DNA from: an uncultured Acidobacteriaceae bacterium
Lineage (GTDB): Bacteria; Acidobacteriota; Terriglobia; Terriglobales; Acidobacteriaceae
Direction: 5' to 3'
Length of the DNA stretch: 64,000 nucleotides
Assembly (NCBI GenBank): GCA_963815555.1
Contig: CAWFHH010000002.1
Location: 334,421 to 398,420, forward strand
Made by a program: the position numbers and the translations under genes
Notes under the pieces: model-generated
What the model saw: the letters and a program-made list of their open reading frames with translations, nothing else
Database searches by the model: none
What the model was told of the DNA's origin: nothing
In this document: positions 20,186-29,578 of the stretch, piece after piece
Layout of the letters: each line of letters begins with the position of its first letter
How positions within the stretch are numbered: position 1 is the first letter of the stretch

Positions 20186-21637
20186 ATGTTAGACCTACGA
20201 CACTCACCGATCTCGAAAAAGCTCACGTGGATGAATGTCCTGGTGAGCGGTGTCGCCCTGCTCTCGGCCTGCGTAGCGTTTTTCCTGTATGACCAGTACA
20301 CCTTCCGCGAAAGTCTCATCCGCAGTCTCTCCGCGCAGGCGCAGATCATTGGGTCGAATAGTGTCTCAGCCTTGACCTTCAACGATCCGCAAGCCGCCGA
20401 GAACACGCTCGCGGCCCTGCAAAGCCTGCCCAATATTGTGGCCGCGGGAATCTTCACCGCCGACGGACACTTGTTCGCGCAATACTCCAGAAATTCCGGA
20501 GAGCGTGTTCTCCGGGCGCCGGGAGATGGGGCTGAAAAGCCGTTTTACCGGTTTCGCAACGACGAAGTTTACTTGCGCCAGCCAATCGTATTCCAGGGAC
20601 GCCAGATCGGGAGCGTATATATACGGTCTGACCTGAATGAAAGAACTCGGCGCCTGGAGAGGTATCTGGGGATCGCAGGAGCCATCCTTTTGCTATCGCT
20701 GATCGCCGCCCTGCTGGTCTCGATGGCTTTCCGCAGGTCGGTGGCGGAGCCGATCGTACGACTGGCCGAAACAGCGCGCGTTGTTTCCCAGGAACAGAAC
20801 TACTCGATTCGAGCTGTCCCCACGGGAAAGCAAGACGAAGTCTCGGTACTGATTAATGCTTTCAATGAGATGCTGTCCCAGATTCATCAGCGCGATGGCG
20901 CGCTCCAACATGCGCGCGATGAGTTAGAGCAGCGGGTTGAAGATCGCACTCGGCAACTGCAGGCGGCAAATCGTGAACTGGAGGCTTTTTCGTATTCCGT
21001 CTCGCATGATTTGCGGGGACCCTTGGAAATTATCAACGGATTCAGCCATATCCTTCAGGTCGAACACGCTGCCAGGCTCGACTCCTCCGGCAGAGACTGC
21101 GTTCAACAAATCAGTAACGCCACTCGCCGCATGGCTGAGCTGATTGAGGACCTGCTGAACCTCTCTCGCGTGACCACCACGGGCATGCACCGGGAGAAAG
21201 TGGATCTCGACACCATGGCCAGGTCGATCGCCGAGCAATTGTGCCGGCGTGAGCCGAACCGACAGGTCGAGTTCGTGATTCATGACTGTGTCCCGGTGCA
21301 GGGTGATTCACGTCTGCTGCACATAGCGGTTGAGAACCTGTTACGCAATGCCTGGAAATACACCTCCAATCACGAGCACGCCCGTATCGAATTCGGCTGC
21401 GAAGATCGTTTAGGGCGCACGGTCTTTTTCGTCCGGGACGATGGCGCGGGATTCGACTCCAGCCTGGTGGACCGGCTATTCAAACCGTTCCAAAGACTGC
21501 ACGCCACCAGCGAGTTTCCCGGCACCGGTATCGGACTGGCCACGGTCCAACGAATCATCTCCCGCCATGGAGGCGAAGTCTGGGCAGAAGGTGCGGTCCA
21601 GAAGGGCGCTACTTTCTACTTCACTTTGAGCCCGTAG
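20186..21637 (+). CDS. sensor histidine kinase with a CHASE8-like N-terminal sensor, HAMP, HisKA and HATPase_c
   Basis: SNSVSALTFNDPQAAENTLAALQSLPNIVAAGIF is CHASE8-like. H-box FSYSVSHDLRGPL, N box LLRNAWKYT, G boxes DDGAGF and GTGIGLATV. Confidence 0.85.
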   Translation: MLDLRHSPISKKLTWMNVLVSGVALLSACVAFFLYDQYTFRESLIRSLSAQAQIIGSNSVSALTFNDPQAAENTLAALQSLPNIVAAGIFTADGHLFAQYSRNSGERVLRAPGDGAEKPFYRFRNDEVYLRQPIVFQGRQIGSVYIRSDLNERTRRLERYLGIAGAILLLSLIAALLVSMAFRRSVAEPIVRLAETARVVSQEQNYSIRAVPTGKQDEVSVLINAFNEMLSQIHQRDGALQHARDELEQRVEDRTRQLQAANRELEAFSYSVSHDLRGPLEIINGFSHILQVEHAARLDSSGRDCVQQISNATRRMAELIEDLLNLSRVTTTGMHREKVDLDTMARSIAEQLCRREPNRQVEFVIHDCVPVQGDSRLLHIAVENLLRNAWKYTSNHEHARIEFGCEDRLGRTVFFVRDDGAGFDSSLVDRLFKPFQRLHATSEFPGTGIGLATVQRIISRHGGEVWAEGAVQKGATFYFTLSP

Positions 21638-21969
21638 CCTTCCGGTCCGCCTGCCGTTGCTGATTCAAGTTCGACAGGCCTGAGCGCGAAGAAAAAGCTA
21701 GTGCGTGCACATCTCAATGCCTAAGCTGCAGGCAGCATTGGCGGCCTTGGCCCCAATCCTCTCCGCAATGACCCTGGACACTCGTTTCGAGCCACAGCTT
21801 TCAGAAGACAGGCAACGATGGCTCCTGACCCGTATATTTGACGTACTGCTTATGCCGGGTTAGGGCGAAACGCCACTCCGATGAATCGCAATTCTTATGT
21901 GCGAAACTGTGGTGCAGCAAGGTCACAACCCAACCTGCGTCAATCACCGTTACGAATCCTTGGGGGCTT

Positions 21970-23709
21970 ATGTTTTGTAGCCGAGCGTTTCGACTTTTAC
22001 TATGGCGGGGCTTCACCGCAGGGTTGCTGGCAGTGGCCCTGCCGGCGCGTGCGGCGACGGGTGCGCAGCCTGACTTCGGACCCAATGTGCTGATCTTCGG
22101 TCCGTCGATGTCATCGCAGGCGATCGAGAAGCAGATCGACGCGGTGTATGCCACGCAGGAGCACAATGAGTTTGGGCCACAGCGGAATGCGCTGCTGTTT
22201 CTACCCGGAAAGTATTCGGTAGACGTGCCGGTAGGCTTCTACACCGAGGTAATCGGGCTCGGCCCCTCACCGGATGCAACCCAGATCGCGGGCAACATGC
22301 ATGCCGATGCGAATCACGAACACAACAATGCAACCACGACCTTCTGGCGGGCCGCGGAAGGGCTCTCGGTAACGCCGTCGGGCGGCACCATGCAGTGGGC
22401 GGTTTCGCAGGCGGTGTCGCTGCGGCGCATGCACGTGCGCGGCGACCTGGTGCTGCACCAGCATCGCGGATGGGCAAGCGGGGGCTGGATGTCGGATTCG
22501 CTTGTCGACGGCAATGTCGACTCCGGCAGCCAGCAGCAGTGGATCTCGCGCAACTGCGCTTGGAAGAGTTGGACCGGGGCAAACTGGAACATGGTGTTTG
22601 TCGGCGTGGTGCACCCGCCGGAAGGTGAATGGCCTTCTCCCCCGTACACCAAGGTTGCGCGTACGCCAGTGGTGAGCGAGAAGCCCTTCCTCCAGGTGAA
22701 CCCAGCGGGCGAGTTCAGCGTACGGGTTCCCGATCTACGCCGCGACAGCGTCGGCACTACATGGAGCGGCGGGGAAACCGCGGGAGAGACGATTCCGATT
22801 GAACGGTTTTATCTTGCCCGCCCGGATGTCGATACAGCGGAGACGATCAACCAGCAGCTTGCGCGAGGCAAGAACCTGATCCTGACACCGGGGATCTACG
22901 AACTGACCGCGCCCATTCGCGTGACACGGCCGCATACCGTGGTACTGGGATTGGGCTTCGCGACGCTACGTCCTGTGAAGGGCACGGCGGCGATGACGAC
23001 TGCCGATGCCGATGGGATCGAGATTGCCGGGCTGCTCTTTGATGCTGGGCCGAGCGAGTCTCCCGTGCTTCTCGAGGTCGGGCCAGAGGGAAGTCGGGCG
23101 CGCCACGAAAAGCAGCCAATCACGCTGCACGATATTTTCTTTCGCGTAGGCGGTGCAGGGGTGGGCCGGGCCAAGGTTAATTTAAGAATCAACAGCAACG
23201 ACACCCTGGTCGACCATACGTGGATCTGGAGAGCGGACCATGGCGCCGGAGTGGGCTGGAAGTTGAATACCAGCCAGAATGGACTGGTGGTGAATGGAAA
23301 CCAGGTCACGATCTATGGCTTGTTTGTCGAGCATCACCAGCAATTCCAGGTTCTGTGGAATGGAAATGGCGGGAGAACGTATTTTTACCAGTCCGAGATT
23401 CCTTACGATCCTCCGGACCAGGCCAGCTATACCAGCGCGCCGGGGGTAAACGGGTGGGCTTCGTACAAGGTGGCGGATGCAGTGACGAGTCATGAAGCGT
23501 GGGGACTAGGGATATACAGCGTCTTCCAACATCCGGATGTGGTGCTGACCCGGGCCATCGAGACGCCGAAGAACCCGGAGGTGCGGTTCCACGACATGAT
23601 TACCGTGGCGCTGGGCGATCATGGCGAAATCACCCATGTGATCGACGACACAGGCGAGGCAACCGCCATGAATCCTCGCGTGACCCCGAAGGTGACTAAC
23701 TTTCCGTGA
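21970..23709 (+). CDS. secreted protein, probably right-handed beta-helix/glycoside-hydrolase-like. The family is not confidently recognised.
   Basis: Start MFCSRAFRLLLWRGFTAGLLAVALPARA (signal peptide). Long coding-quality ORF. The function call is weak. Confidence 0.7.
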   Translation: MFCSRAFRLLLWRGFTAGLLAVALPARAATGAQPDFGPNVLIFGPSMSSQAIEKQIDAVYATQEHNEFGPQRNALLFLPGKYSVDVPVGFYTEVIGLGPSPDATQIAGNMHADANHEHNNATTTFWRAAEGLSVTPSGGTMQWAVSQAVSLRRMHVRGDLVLHQHRGWASGGWMSDSLVDGNVDSGSQQQWISRNCAWKSWTGANWNMVFVGVVHPPEGEWPSPPYTKVARTPVVSEKPFLQVNPAGEFSVRVPDLRRDSVGTTWSGGETAGETIPIERFYLARPDVDTAETINQQLARGKNLILTPGIYELTAPIRVTRPHTVVLGLGFATLRPVKGTAAMTTADADGIEIAGLLFDAGPSESPVLLEVGPEGSRARHEKQPITLHDIFFRVGGAGVGRAKVNLRINSNDTLVDHTWIWRADHGAGVGWKLNTSQNGLVVNGNQVTIYGLFVEHHQQFQVLWNGNGGRTYFYQSEIPYDPPDQASYTSAPGVNGWASYKVADAVTSHEAWGLGIYSVFQHPDVVLTRAIETPKNPEVRFHDMITVALGDHGEITHVIDDTGEATAMNPRVTPKVTNFP

Positions 23710-23826
23710 GCCGTGAAGGGCTGCGTCCCTTCGTGAATTCACGATTCCGAGTCCCGGCAAGGGACGGCATGGGATGGCGAGGGCGTGGGCACGGACCGCG
23801 CAGGCCAGGGACGCTTACCGGTCCGC

Positions 23827-24540
23827 CTAAGCAGCCGCAGCCGACGACGCTGCACCCGCCAACGGCTTTGGCTTGGCTCCCACGATCAGAAGCCATAGCA
23901 TGAAGAAGATCTCTCCGAATCCAAGCGGCATCATCCATCGGGAGACGATGTGGCCGTAATGTGGCATCAGCAAGAACGTGAAACTGTCGACCAGATAGGT
24001 GAAGCAATTCAGTATCAACAGCACCCCCAGGATGCGGGGAATAAAGCCGGAGCGGTAGACCAGCAGTCCGAGTGGGACGAGCCACAGACCCCAGAAGATT
24101 TCGGCGACATCGAATCCCCTGCCATGCAGATTGAGGAACAGCATGGCCAGGGCCTCCCGCTGCGGCTTTTCCATGACGGAGAGGAAATCGGCCCCACGCA
24201 CCAGGATGAGGGCAGCGATGGCGTTCAACTCATTCAGCAACGCGATCGGAACCGAGACCGCGAACAAGGTCAACATGAGCGAGGCTTGCCGCTGGTTCAC
24301 TCCTTTCAACAGGTCGTACAGAACCAGCGCGACCCACAGAAAAAGGGTTTGGCAGATGAGATTGCTGGCGATGCCGAGGCGAAACAGCCCCTCGTGGGCA
24401 GCGATGTTGCCGGCCGTCGCCGCTGCGTTGCCGTGCACGATCAACTTTCCGGGAACATACATCAGGGAGAAAAAGCCGGGGATCGAGACCAGCACGTACA
24501 GCAAACCTGCGAATCGGCCTGGATTCCTGGTGAAACTCAT
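23827..24540 (-). CDS. DUF4386 family membrane protein
   Basis: 237-aa polytopic protein. FAGLLYVLVSIPGFFSLMYVPGKLIV and AATAGNIAAHEGLFRLGIAS resemble DUF4386. Confidence 0.7.
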   Translation of the reverse strand: MSFTRNPGRFAGLLYVLVSIPGFFSLMYVPGKLIVHGNAAATAGNIAAHEGLFRLGIASNLICQTLFLWVALVLYDLLKGVNQRQASLMLTLFAVSVPIALLNELNAIAALILVRGADFLSVMEKPQREALAMLFLNLHGRGFDVAEIFWGLWLVPLGLLVYRSGFIPRILGVLLILNCFTYLVDSFTFLLMPHYGHIVSRWMMPLGFGEIFFMLWLLIVGAKPKPLAGAASSAAAA

Positions 24541-24841
24541 GTGCGCCTCGCTAGCGGCAGTTTAGCCTGAGGTACGTTGAAGATTGTTAAGAAAGTTCCG
24601 ACAAGCGCAAAGCACGCAGCGCGAACGAAACGGACGAAAGCTCTTGGGCACTTATGAGTTAGCGATGTAGCACGTCGGTATGCCGTTGAACCTGCAAAAA
24701 GGCAACGCGAATCGGGGTGTTTCCGGAGCAAGAATGTGGTAGAAATAGAGCCGATCTTGGCGCATTCGGTCCGGTTTCCCGCAGGATTGCGCTGCCGCTG
24801 CGAACCATCACGATCGCACCCGATGGTGCGAAGGAGGTACC

Positions 24842-25417
24842 GTGAGACGCTGGCTTTCTGTAACTGCCCTGGTCGCCGCGCTGCTGGGCTGCACACCGTT
24901 GGCACGCGCCGGCATTCTCCCCTCGTTAAGCACAACCATTACCATGGACTGCACACCTGCCGCGACCTTCTGCAACTTCAATCCCGGCAGTCTGGGCTCT
25001 CCAGAACAAGGGATGGCCAATTTCAATCCGGTTGCTCCCGGCTGGAGTGCCGATTTCAAATCGGCTCCGGCAATTTCATGGGGCGTTTTTGTCGGCGTCT
25101 ATCAGGCGGAGTTTGGCCCCGGGGGAGACTTCTCGATCGCTGCACCGGATGGTATGGAGTTTCTGGGGACGCTCACATCGGGCATCGCTTTCGAGTTCCC
25201 CGTTGGATTTATACAGACTGTCGCCTCCTTCCAGGGATACTGGAACAACGGGTTGTATGCGAACGGGGTCATGGTGGAGGATCCCTTCGGCCTCAATGGA
25301 CCGTTCGTAACTCTGTCGGTGACCACGACAGCAACGCCCGAACCGGGTAGCTTCTTCCTCTTCGGCTCTGCACTCGCCGGGCTTGCGGGCATTTTCAGAA
25401 GAACTTTCCCTGGATGA
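24842..25417 (+). CDS. PEP-CTERM sorting-domain protein
   Basis: GTG start with AAGGAGG upstream and a signal peptide. C-terminus TPEPGSFFLFGSALAGLAGIFRR (PEP motif, TM segment, basic tail). Confidence 0.8.
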   Translation: MRRWLSVTALVAALLGCTPLARAGILPSLSTTITMDCTPAATFCNFNPGSLGSPEQGMANFNPVAPGWSADFKSAPAISWGVFVGVYQAEFGPGGDFSIAAPDGMEFLGTLTSGIAFEFPVGFIQTVASFQGYWNNGLYANGVMVEDPFGLNGPFVTLSVTTTATPEPGSFFLFGSALAGLAGIFRRTFPG

Positions 25418-26021
25418 GGAGTAGTCGATCCATCCGTTGATTCGAGCGTTGTTCAGAACCCTTGGTCTTCAAGTTTAGCCGAACACGTTGCCCAGAAGCA
25501 CTGCGCAGGACAGTTCTGTCCGGTGACACCGTCTTCCACCCTGATAGATTTCAGCTCACGACGGCATGGCGTGTCCCGTTGCTAAACCATTTCTTGGCTG
25601 GTTCACCCGACCAAGACCCATTTCCACTTTTCCTCCCCATCCTTTGAAACTATGCGTCGACTGCCTGCACCAGCAGCGGTCTGGAGCGACGCCGGCCGCG
25701 AGCTTGTCCCGCGACAGCAAAGCTGGGCTGCTTCCACGGCTGCGTAGTTCTGCTAGCGTCTGTGGGATTCTTTATGCGAACACACGGAAGATATCCGCAC
25801 CGTGTGGACCCGAAGAGTTGCTACCGAAGCACCCGCAAGGCCTAAGTAATCCTCTATCGCGTATCGCGTCGAAGTTCATGGAGTCAACAGTTCAGGACCT
25901 TCTGACCCAACCCGTACACCTGAGTGCACAAAGGTGCCATTGACATTGCGCCGGAGTGGCACATAATGACGTTGTCCTCTCCCGCCATTCCCCCACCTTC
26001 CAGCGGCAGGACAAGACCCGA

Positions 26022-26864
26022 ATGTGGAAGCTCAGGAGATATCTCGTGCGCCTGTTCTGCGTTTGCCTGCTCCTCCAACTTTCTGCCTTAAGTCTTCATG
26101 CCAGTGTTCTTGGAAGCGCCGACGCCTTTGGTGTTCTGGGCGCCTCCGCTGTCACCAACACCGGCTTCAGCGTCGTCGATCAGGACCTCGGGGTCGCACC
26201 CGGGACCTCGATCACCGGATTTCCTCCTGGCAAGGTGCTAGGGACCATTCATGACGATGATGCCGTCGCCTCACAGGCGCAGGCTGACGCGCTGACTGGC
26301 TATAACTTCCTGGCAGGTTTGTCACCCACACAGGTTTTGACCGGTCAGGATCTCGGCGGCCTGACGCTGGATTCCGGCGTCTACTTCTTTGCCTCCTCGG
26401 CCCAGCTCACCGGACAGCTCACCCTCGACTTTCAGGGATTGAGCAACGCGATGATCGTCTTCCAGATTGGCAGCACGCTGACTACAGCCAGCGCCTCATC
26501 GGTCCTCGTTATCAACGGAGGGGCGAACGATCAGGTCTTCTGGCAGGTAGGCAGTTCGGCCACGCTTGGAACCACGACCGCCTTCTACGGGAGTGTTATC
26601 GCCGACCAGAGCATCACGCTCACAACCGGCGCGACGATTAATTGTGGGCGGGCTATCGCTTTAAATGGGGCCGTTACCATGGATACCAACACCATTGACA
26701 CGGGGAATTGCGCTGGCATCAAAACCACCACGCCCGAGCCCGCGACCTTATCGCTCGTCGCCACCGGAGCCGTTGCCGCGGCTACGACCACATGGTCCAC
26801 TGATTTTATCGGACTCGGCATGGCTGGCATGCTGGCTGCAATCCGCAGAAAGCTACTCCGATGA
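26022..26864 (+). CDS. ice-binding-like (DUF3494) protein with a PEP-CTERM-type anchor
   Basis: LGSADAFGVLGASAVTNTG, DLGVAPGTSITGFPPG, GGLTLDSGVYFF and AIALNGAVTMDTN are DUF3494 beta-solenoid motifs. The C-terminus has TPEPATLSLV...GMLAAIRRKLLR. Confidence 0.8.
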   Translation: MWKLRRYLVRLFCVCLLLQLSALSLHASVLGSADAFGVLGASAVTNTGFSVVDQDLGVAPGTSITGFPPGKVLGTIHDDDAVASQAQADALTGYNFLAGLSPTQVLTGQDLGGLTLDSGVYFFASSAQLTGQLTLDFQGLSNAMIVFQIGSTLTTASASSVLVINGGANDQVFWQVGSSATLGTTTAFYGSVIADQSITLTTGATINCGRAIALNGAVTMDTNTIDTGNCAGIKTTTPEPATLSLVATGAVAAATTTWSTDFIGLGMAGMLAAIRRKLLR

Positions 26865-26919
26865 AGCTTGCCTGAGTGATCAGGAAGCAGGGTAGGACAA
26901 TTCGAGATACTCGATCCTG

Positions 26920-26956
26920 GGTTGCTGCCTGCGAAGTTGGCAGCAACCTTTCTTTG
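26920..26956 (+). terminator. rho-independent terminator after the DUF3494 gene
   Basis: GGTTGCTGCC-N9-GGCAGCAACC followed by TTTCTTTG. Confidence 0.6.
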
Positions 26957-27030
26957 ATTGTGTTTTCGCATAGAGGCAGCCCCATCCCATCCCATCTCGT
27001 CGTGCGCCTCGGGCGATCCGCCGAGATACC

Positions 27031-27171
27031 AAAAAGAAGGACCCGGAGGAGGTCTCATCCGGGTCCATGGCCGCCCTTGGAATCAGTCTTACTTCATTGC
27101 GACCACGACGAGTTCCGCTGAGGCAGGACCCGAGTTCGAGGCGCGCAGTTCCTTCTCCAACTTGGTCTCCG
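27031..27171. repeat. 141-bp direct repeat, copy 1: an orphan 3' gene fragment plus terminator hairpin
   Basis: About 95% identical to 28649-28790. On the minus strand it encodes ...ETKLEKELRASNSGPASAELVVVAMK-stop. The hairpin GGACCCGGA-N10-TCCGGGTCC plus a T-run follows. Confidence 0.85.
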
Positions 27172-27288
27172 CCAGCTTTTGAAAGTCTGCGCGACTAGCC
27201 TACACCAGCACCGGCGTGGAAGCGGGGGCGGGCGCGAAGTGCCGTCGCGACAGAAACGAGCGGCCACGACCGGAAAATTCGGTCCTGC

Positions 27289-28467
27289 TTACCCGAGCAG
27301 CTTGAGCATGCGGATTAGTTCAGCGGTCGGCGTTGCATACAGAAGAACGGGAACCATTGGGAGTGCCGCTGAGATTGCCAACGTGATAAGCGTCGGCTTG
27401 TCGATGGGAACCAGTCGCATTTGTCTGACAACCGCGAAGCTGCTTCCCAGGTCGGCGAGGGACGAGGCGTCGGGGTTTCCCAGGAGCATCTCGCCCGCAG
27501 GATGTTCTTGCCGGATCCACTTCTGTTCGAACATCTGGTCATGGAGGGTCACTACAGCACCATATGCCAGCATCCCTTTTCTTTTGACCTTGAGCAGGAC
27601 GGGCGCAACCACCAGCAGGGGCAAGATCAGAAAGATAATGGCCAGAACTCCGTAGGCGATCATTATAAATTTCGTCGATGAGAGGGAAGCTCCCTGGTAC
27701 GCAATGGCATTGCCGACCTCGCCGGCAATGACAGCTCCCCCGGCAAAGACGATTGGGCTGAATGCCTTTTGCCCTTCGGAGAGGAAACCCAGACCCGCTG
27801 CCATGTCGGTGTGGGTGGCAACCAGGAACAGGTTGAGTCGCGAGACGCTCCACAGCAACGAGCTCCACAGCAACATCCTCCACATCCACCTCAACAGAAG
27901 AAACCGGAAGATCGGCGTGCTGACGTAATTAAACCACTCGCCGGCCACACTCATTCCGCCCGACGGCAGTCGATGCCAATTGGATGTCCCGGTCATCAGT
28001 AGCTCGGTCTTAACCACGAAGATAGAAGTGAGGATCGCGGCAATCGCCAACAAAACTTCCGGCAAGTCTCGATCGCGCCACCGAATTGTTCTTTCCAGCA
28101 CCGCTTCAAAGGAGGGGAGAGTTTTTTCGTCGACTAATCCGGATCGAAGAAATTCAACAACCAGGTTGCGCCATCGATGATCAATGTTTGATTCGGCCAG
28201 TATGAGGATGGGAACCGCAATCAAGAAACGGACGTTCACCGCCAGGTCCCGAACGAACGGAATCTGGATATGCCTTCCCCAGGCCAATCCTTGCAAGGCG
28301 GACAAGAGAAGCAAAGGGACCCACGTTATCGCAGTAGTGGCTAGCGCTCGACGTACGACCAGGAGCCGTTCGCTCCAGGAGCTTTCGAGACGAGCCAGGA
28401 CCCGATGCAGTGGGCCGCCGTCGGTGATCGAGAAATTTTCCGCTACCAGGGACTTTACCGGAGTCAT
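27289..28467 (-). CDS. polytopic membrane protein of unknown function
   Basis: 392-aa ORF with several hydrophobic segments and coding-like GC3. No family recognised. Confidence 0.7.
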   Translation of the reverse strand: MTPVKSLVAENFSITDGGPLHRVLARLESSWSERLLVVRRALATTAITWVPLLLLSALQGLAWGRHIQIPFVRDLAVNVRFLIAVPILILAESNIDHRWRNLVVEFLRSGLVDEKTLPSFEAVLERTIRWRDRDLPEVLLAIAAILTSIFVVKTELLMTGTSNWHRLPSGGMSVAGEWFNYVSTPIFRFLLLRWMWRMLLWSSLLWSVSRLNLFLVATHTDMAAGLGFLSEGQKAFSPIVFAGGAVIAGEVGNAIAYQGASLSSTKFIMIAYGVLAIIFLILPLLVVAPVLLKVKRKGMLAYGAVVTLHDQMFEQKWIRQEHPAGEMLLGNPDASSLADLGSSFAVVRQMRLVPIDKPTLITLAISAALPMVPVLLYATPTAELIRMLKLLG

Positions 28468-28648
28468 GAATGGCTACCCAATGGGCCGCATCGTCCGTGT
28501 CAGGAGACGTAATGGTCTCACGTGAGAAAGCAATGCGCCGAACCATACTACCTTGAGTGATCAGGACAGGGGATTCTGCTAGGTAAGGAAACGTCGGCAT
28601 CCCATTCGAGTATCTGGTTGTGGGGGTCGCGCAGAGGCGCTGAGGTAC

Positions 28649-28790
28649 AAAAGGAAGGACCCGGAGGAGGTCTCATCCGGGTCCATGGCCGCCCTTGGAA
28701 TCAGTCTTACTTCATTGCGACCACGACGAGTTCCCCTGAGGCAGGAGCCGAGTTCGAGGCGCGCAGTTCTTTCTCCAACTTGGTTTCCGG
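28649..28790. repeat. 141-bp direct repeat, copy 2: the genuine 3' end and terminator of gene 28707-29120
   Basis: See copy 1. The minus-strand terminator hairpin is at 28657-28684, with the T-run complement at 28648-28656. Confidence 0.85.
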
Positions 28791-29120
28791 AATCACCATG
28801 CCCTCGGTTCCGGAAGCATCCCAGATCTCCACCAGGATGTAAGTGTCTCCATACTTGTGAAACACCATCTTCGGCGCCGAGGCCTTGAGCCTCTCATCGT
28901 TACGGTAGGTGCTCAAAATGGCTGAGCCCGCGTCACCGTTCTGGAGCAGGAACGCATGATCGGCGGCAGGGCGAACCGTGTAGCTTCCCGCCGGCAAGGA
29001 TACATTTCCAACGCGGAATGCGAAAGGCACATCGGCTTTTACCTTGTTCTGGGCAAAGCTGGAAATGGTTAGAAGTGACAGAGCCACCATCGTCAGGGCC
29101 ACGATAACATTGCGTTTCAT
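28707..29120 (-). CDS. small secreted hypothetical protein (137 aa)
   Basis: Start MKRNVIVALTMVALSLLTISSFAQ at 29120, with AGGAGGAG upstream. The longer ORF to 29417 lacks support. Confidence 0.7.
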   Translation of the reverse strand: MKRNVIVALTMVALSLLTISSFAQNKVKADVPFAFRVGNVSLPAGSYTVRPAADHAFLLQNGDAGSAILSTYRNDERLKASAPKMVFHKYGDTYILVEIWDASGTEGMVIPETKLEKELRASNSAPASGELVVVAMK

Positions 29121-29578
29121 AACTCCTCCTCTTTGGGGGCTCCTCACAGTGGAACCCAAACTGAAGTTTGGTCGCTTGGGAAGCGCTTGGCTTCCGTTGC
29201 TGCTTACGCCTTTACCTAGAGCAGTTCGTGCGCCAAAGCGGGGACGCCGTACGCGACGGCTCGCAATCAGGCGGTAGTCTCCGTATTTGCAACGAGATCG
29301 GATACCACGGCAACCTTCCGGCCGGGTCCCACTCCTTGCCTTGAACGGCAATTCAAGGAGCCGAACGGATACCCTCAGAACGGCTTGGCTCCCCGCCAAT
29401 CCGTACCCCCCCGACACCCATTCCTGCCCAAGCGAAGGCTTTCTCCTTCATGTCGACGCGCTCGCAGCAGAGGCCCGCTCCAGAAATCTTGGAGGTGCAT
29501 GGAGGAATTCGCCGGTACATGTCGCATATGTAAGTGAGGGGAGAACGCCAGAGACTTCCGACCTCCGTGGAGGACCAA

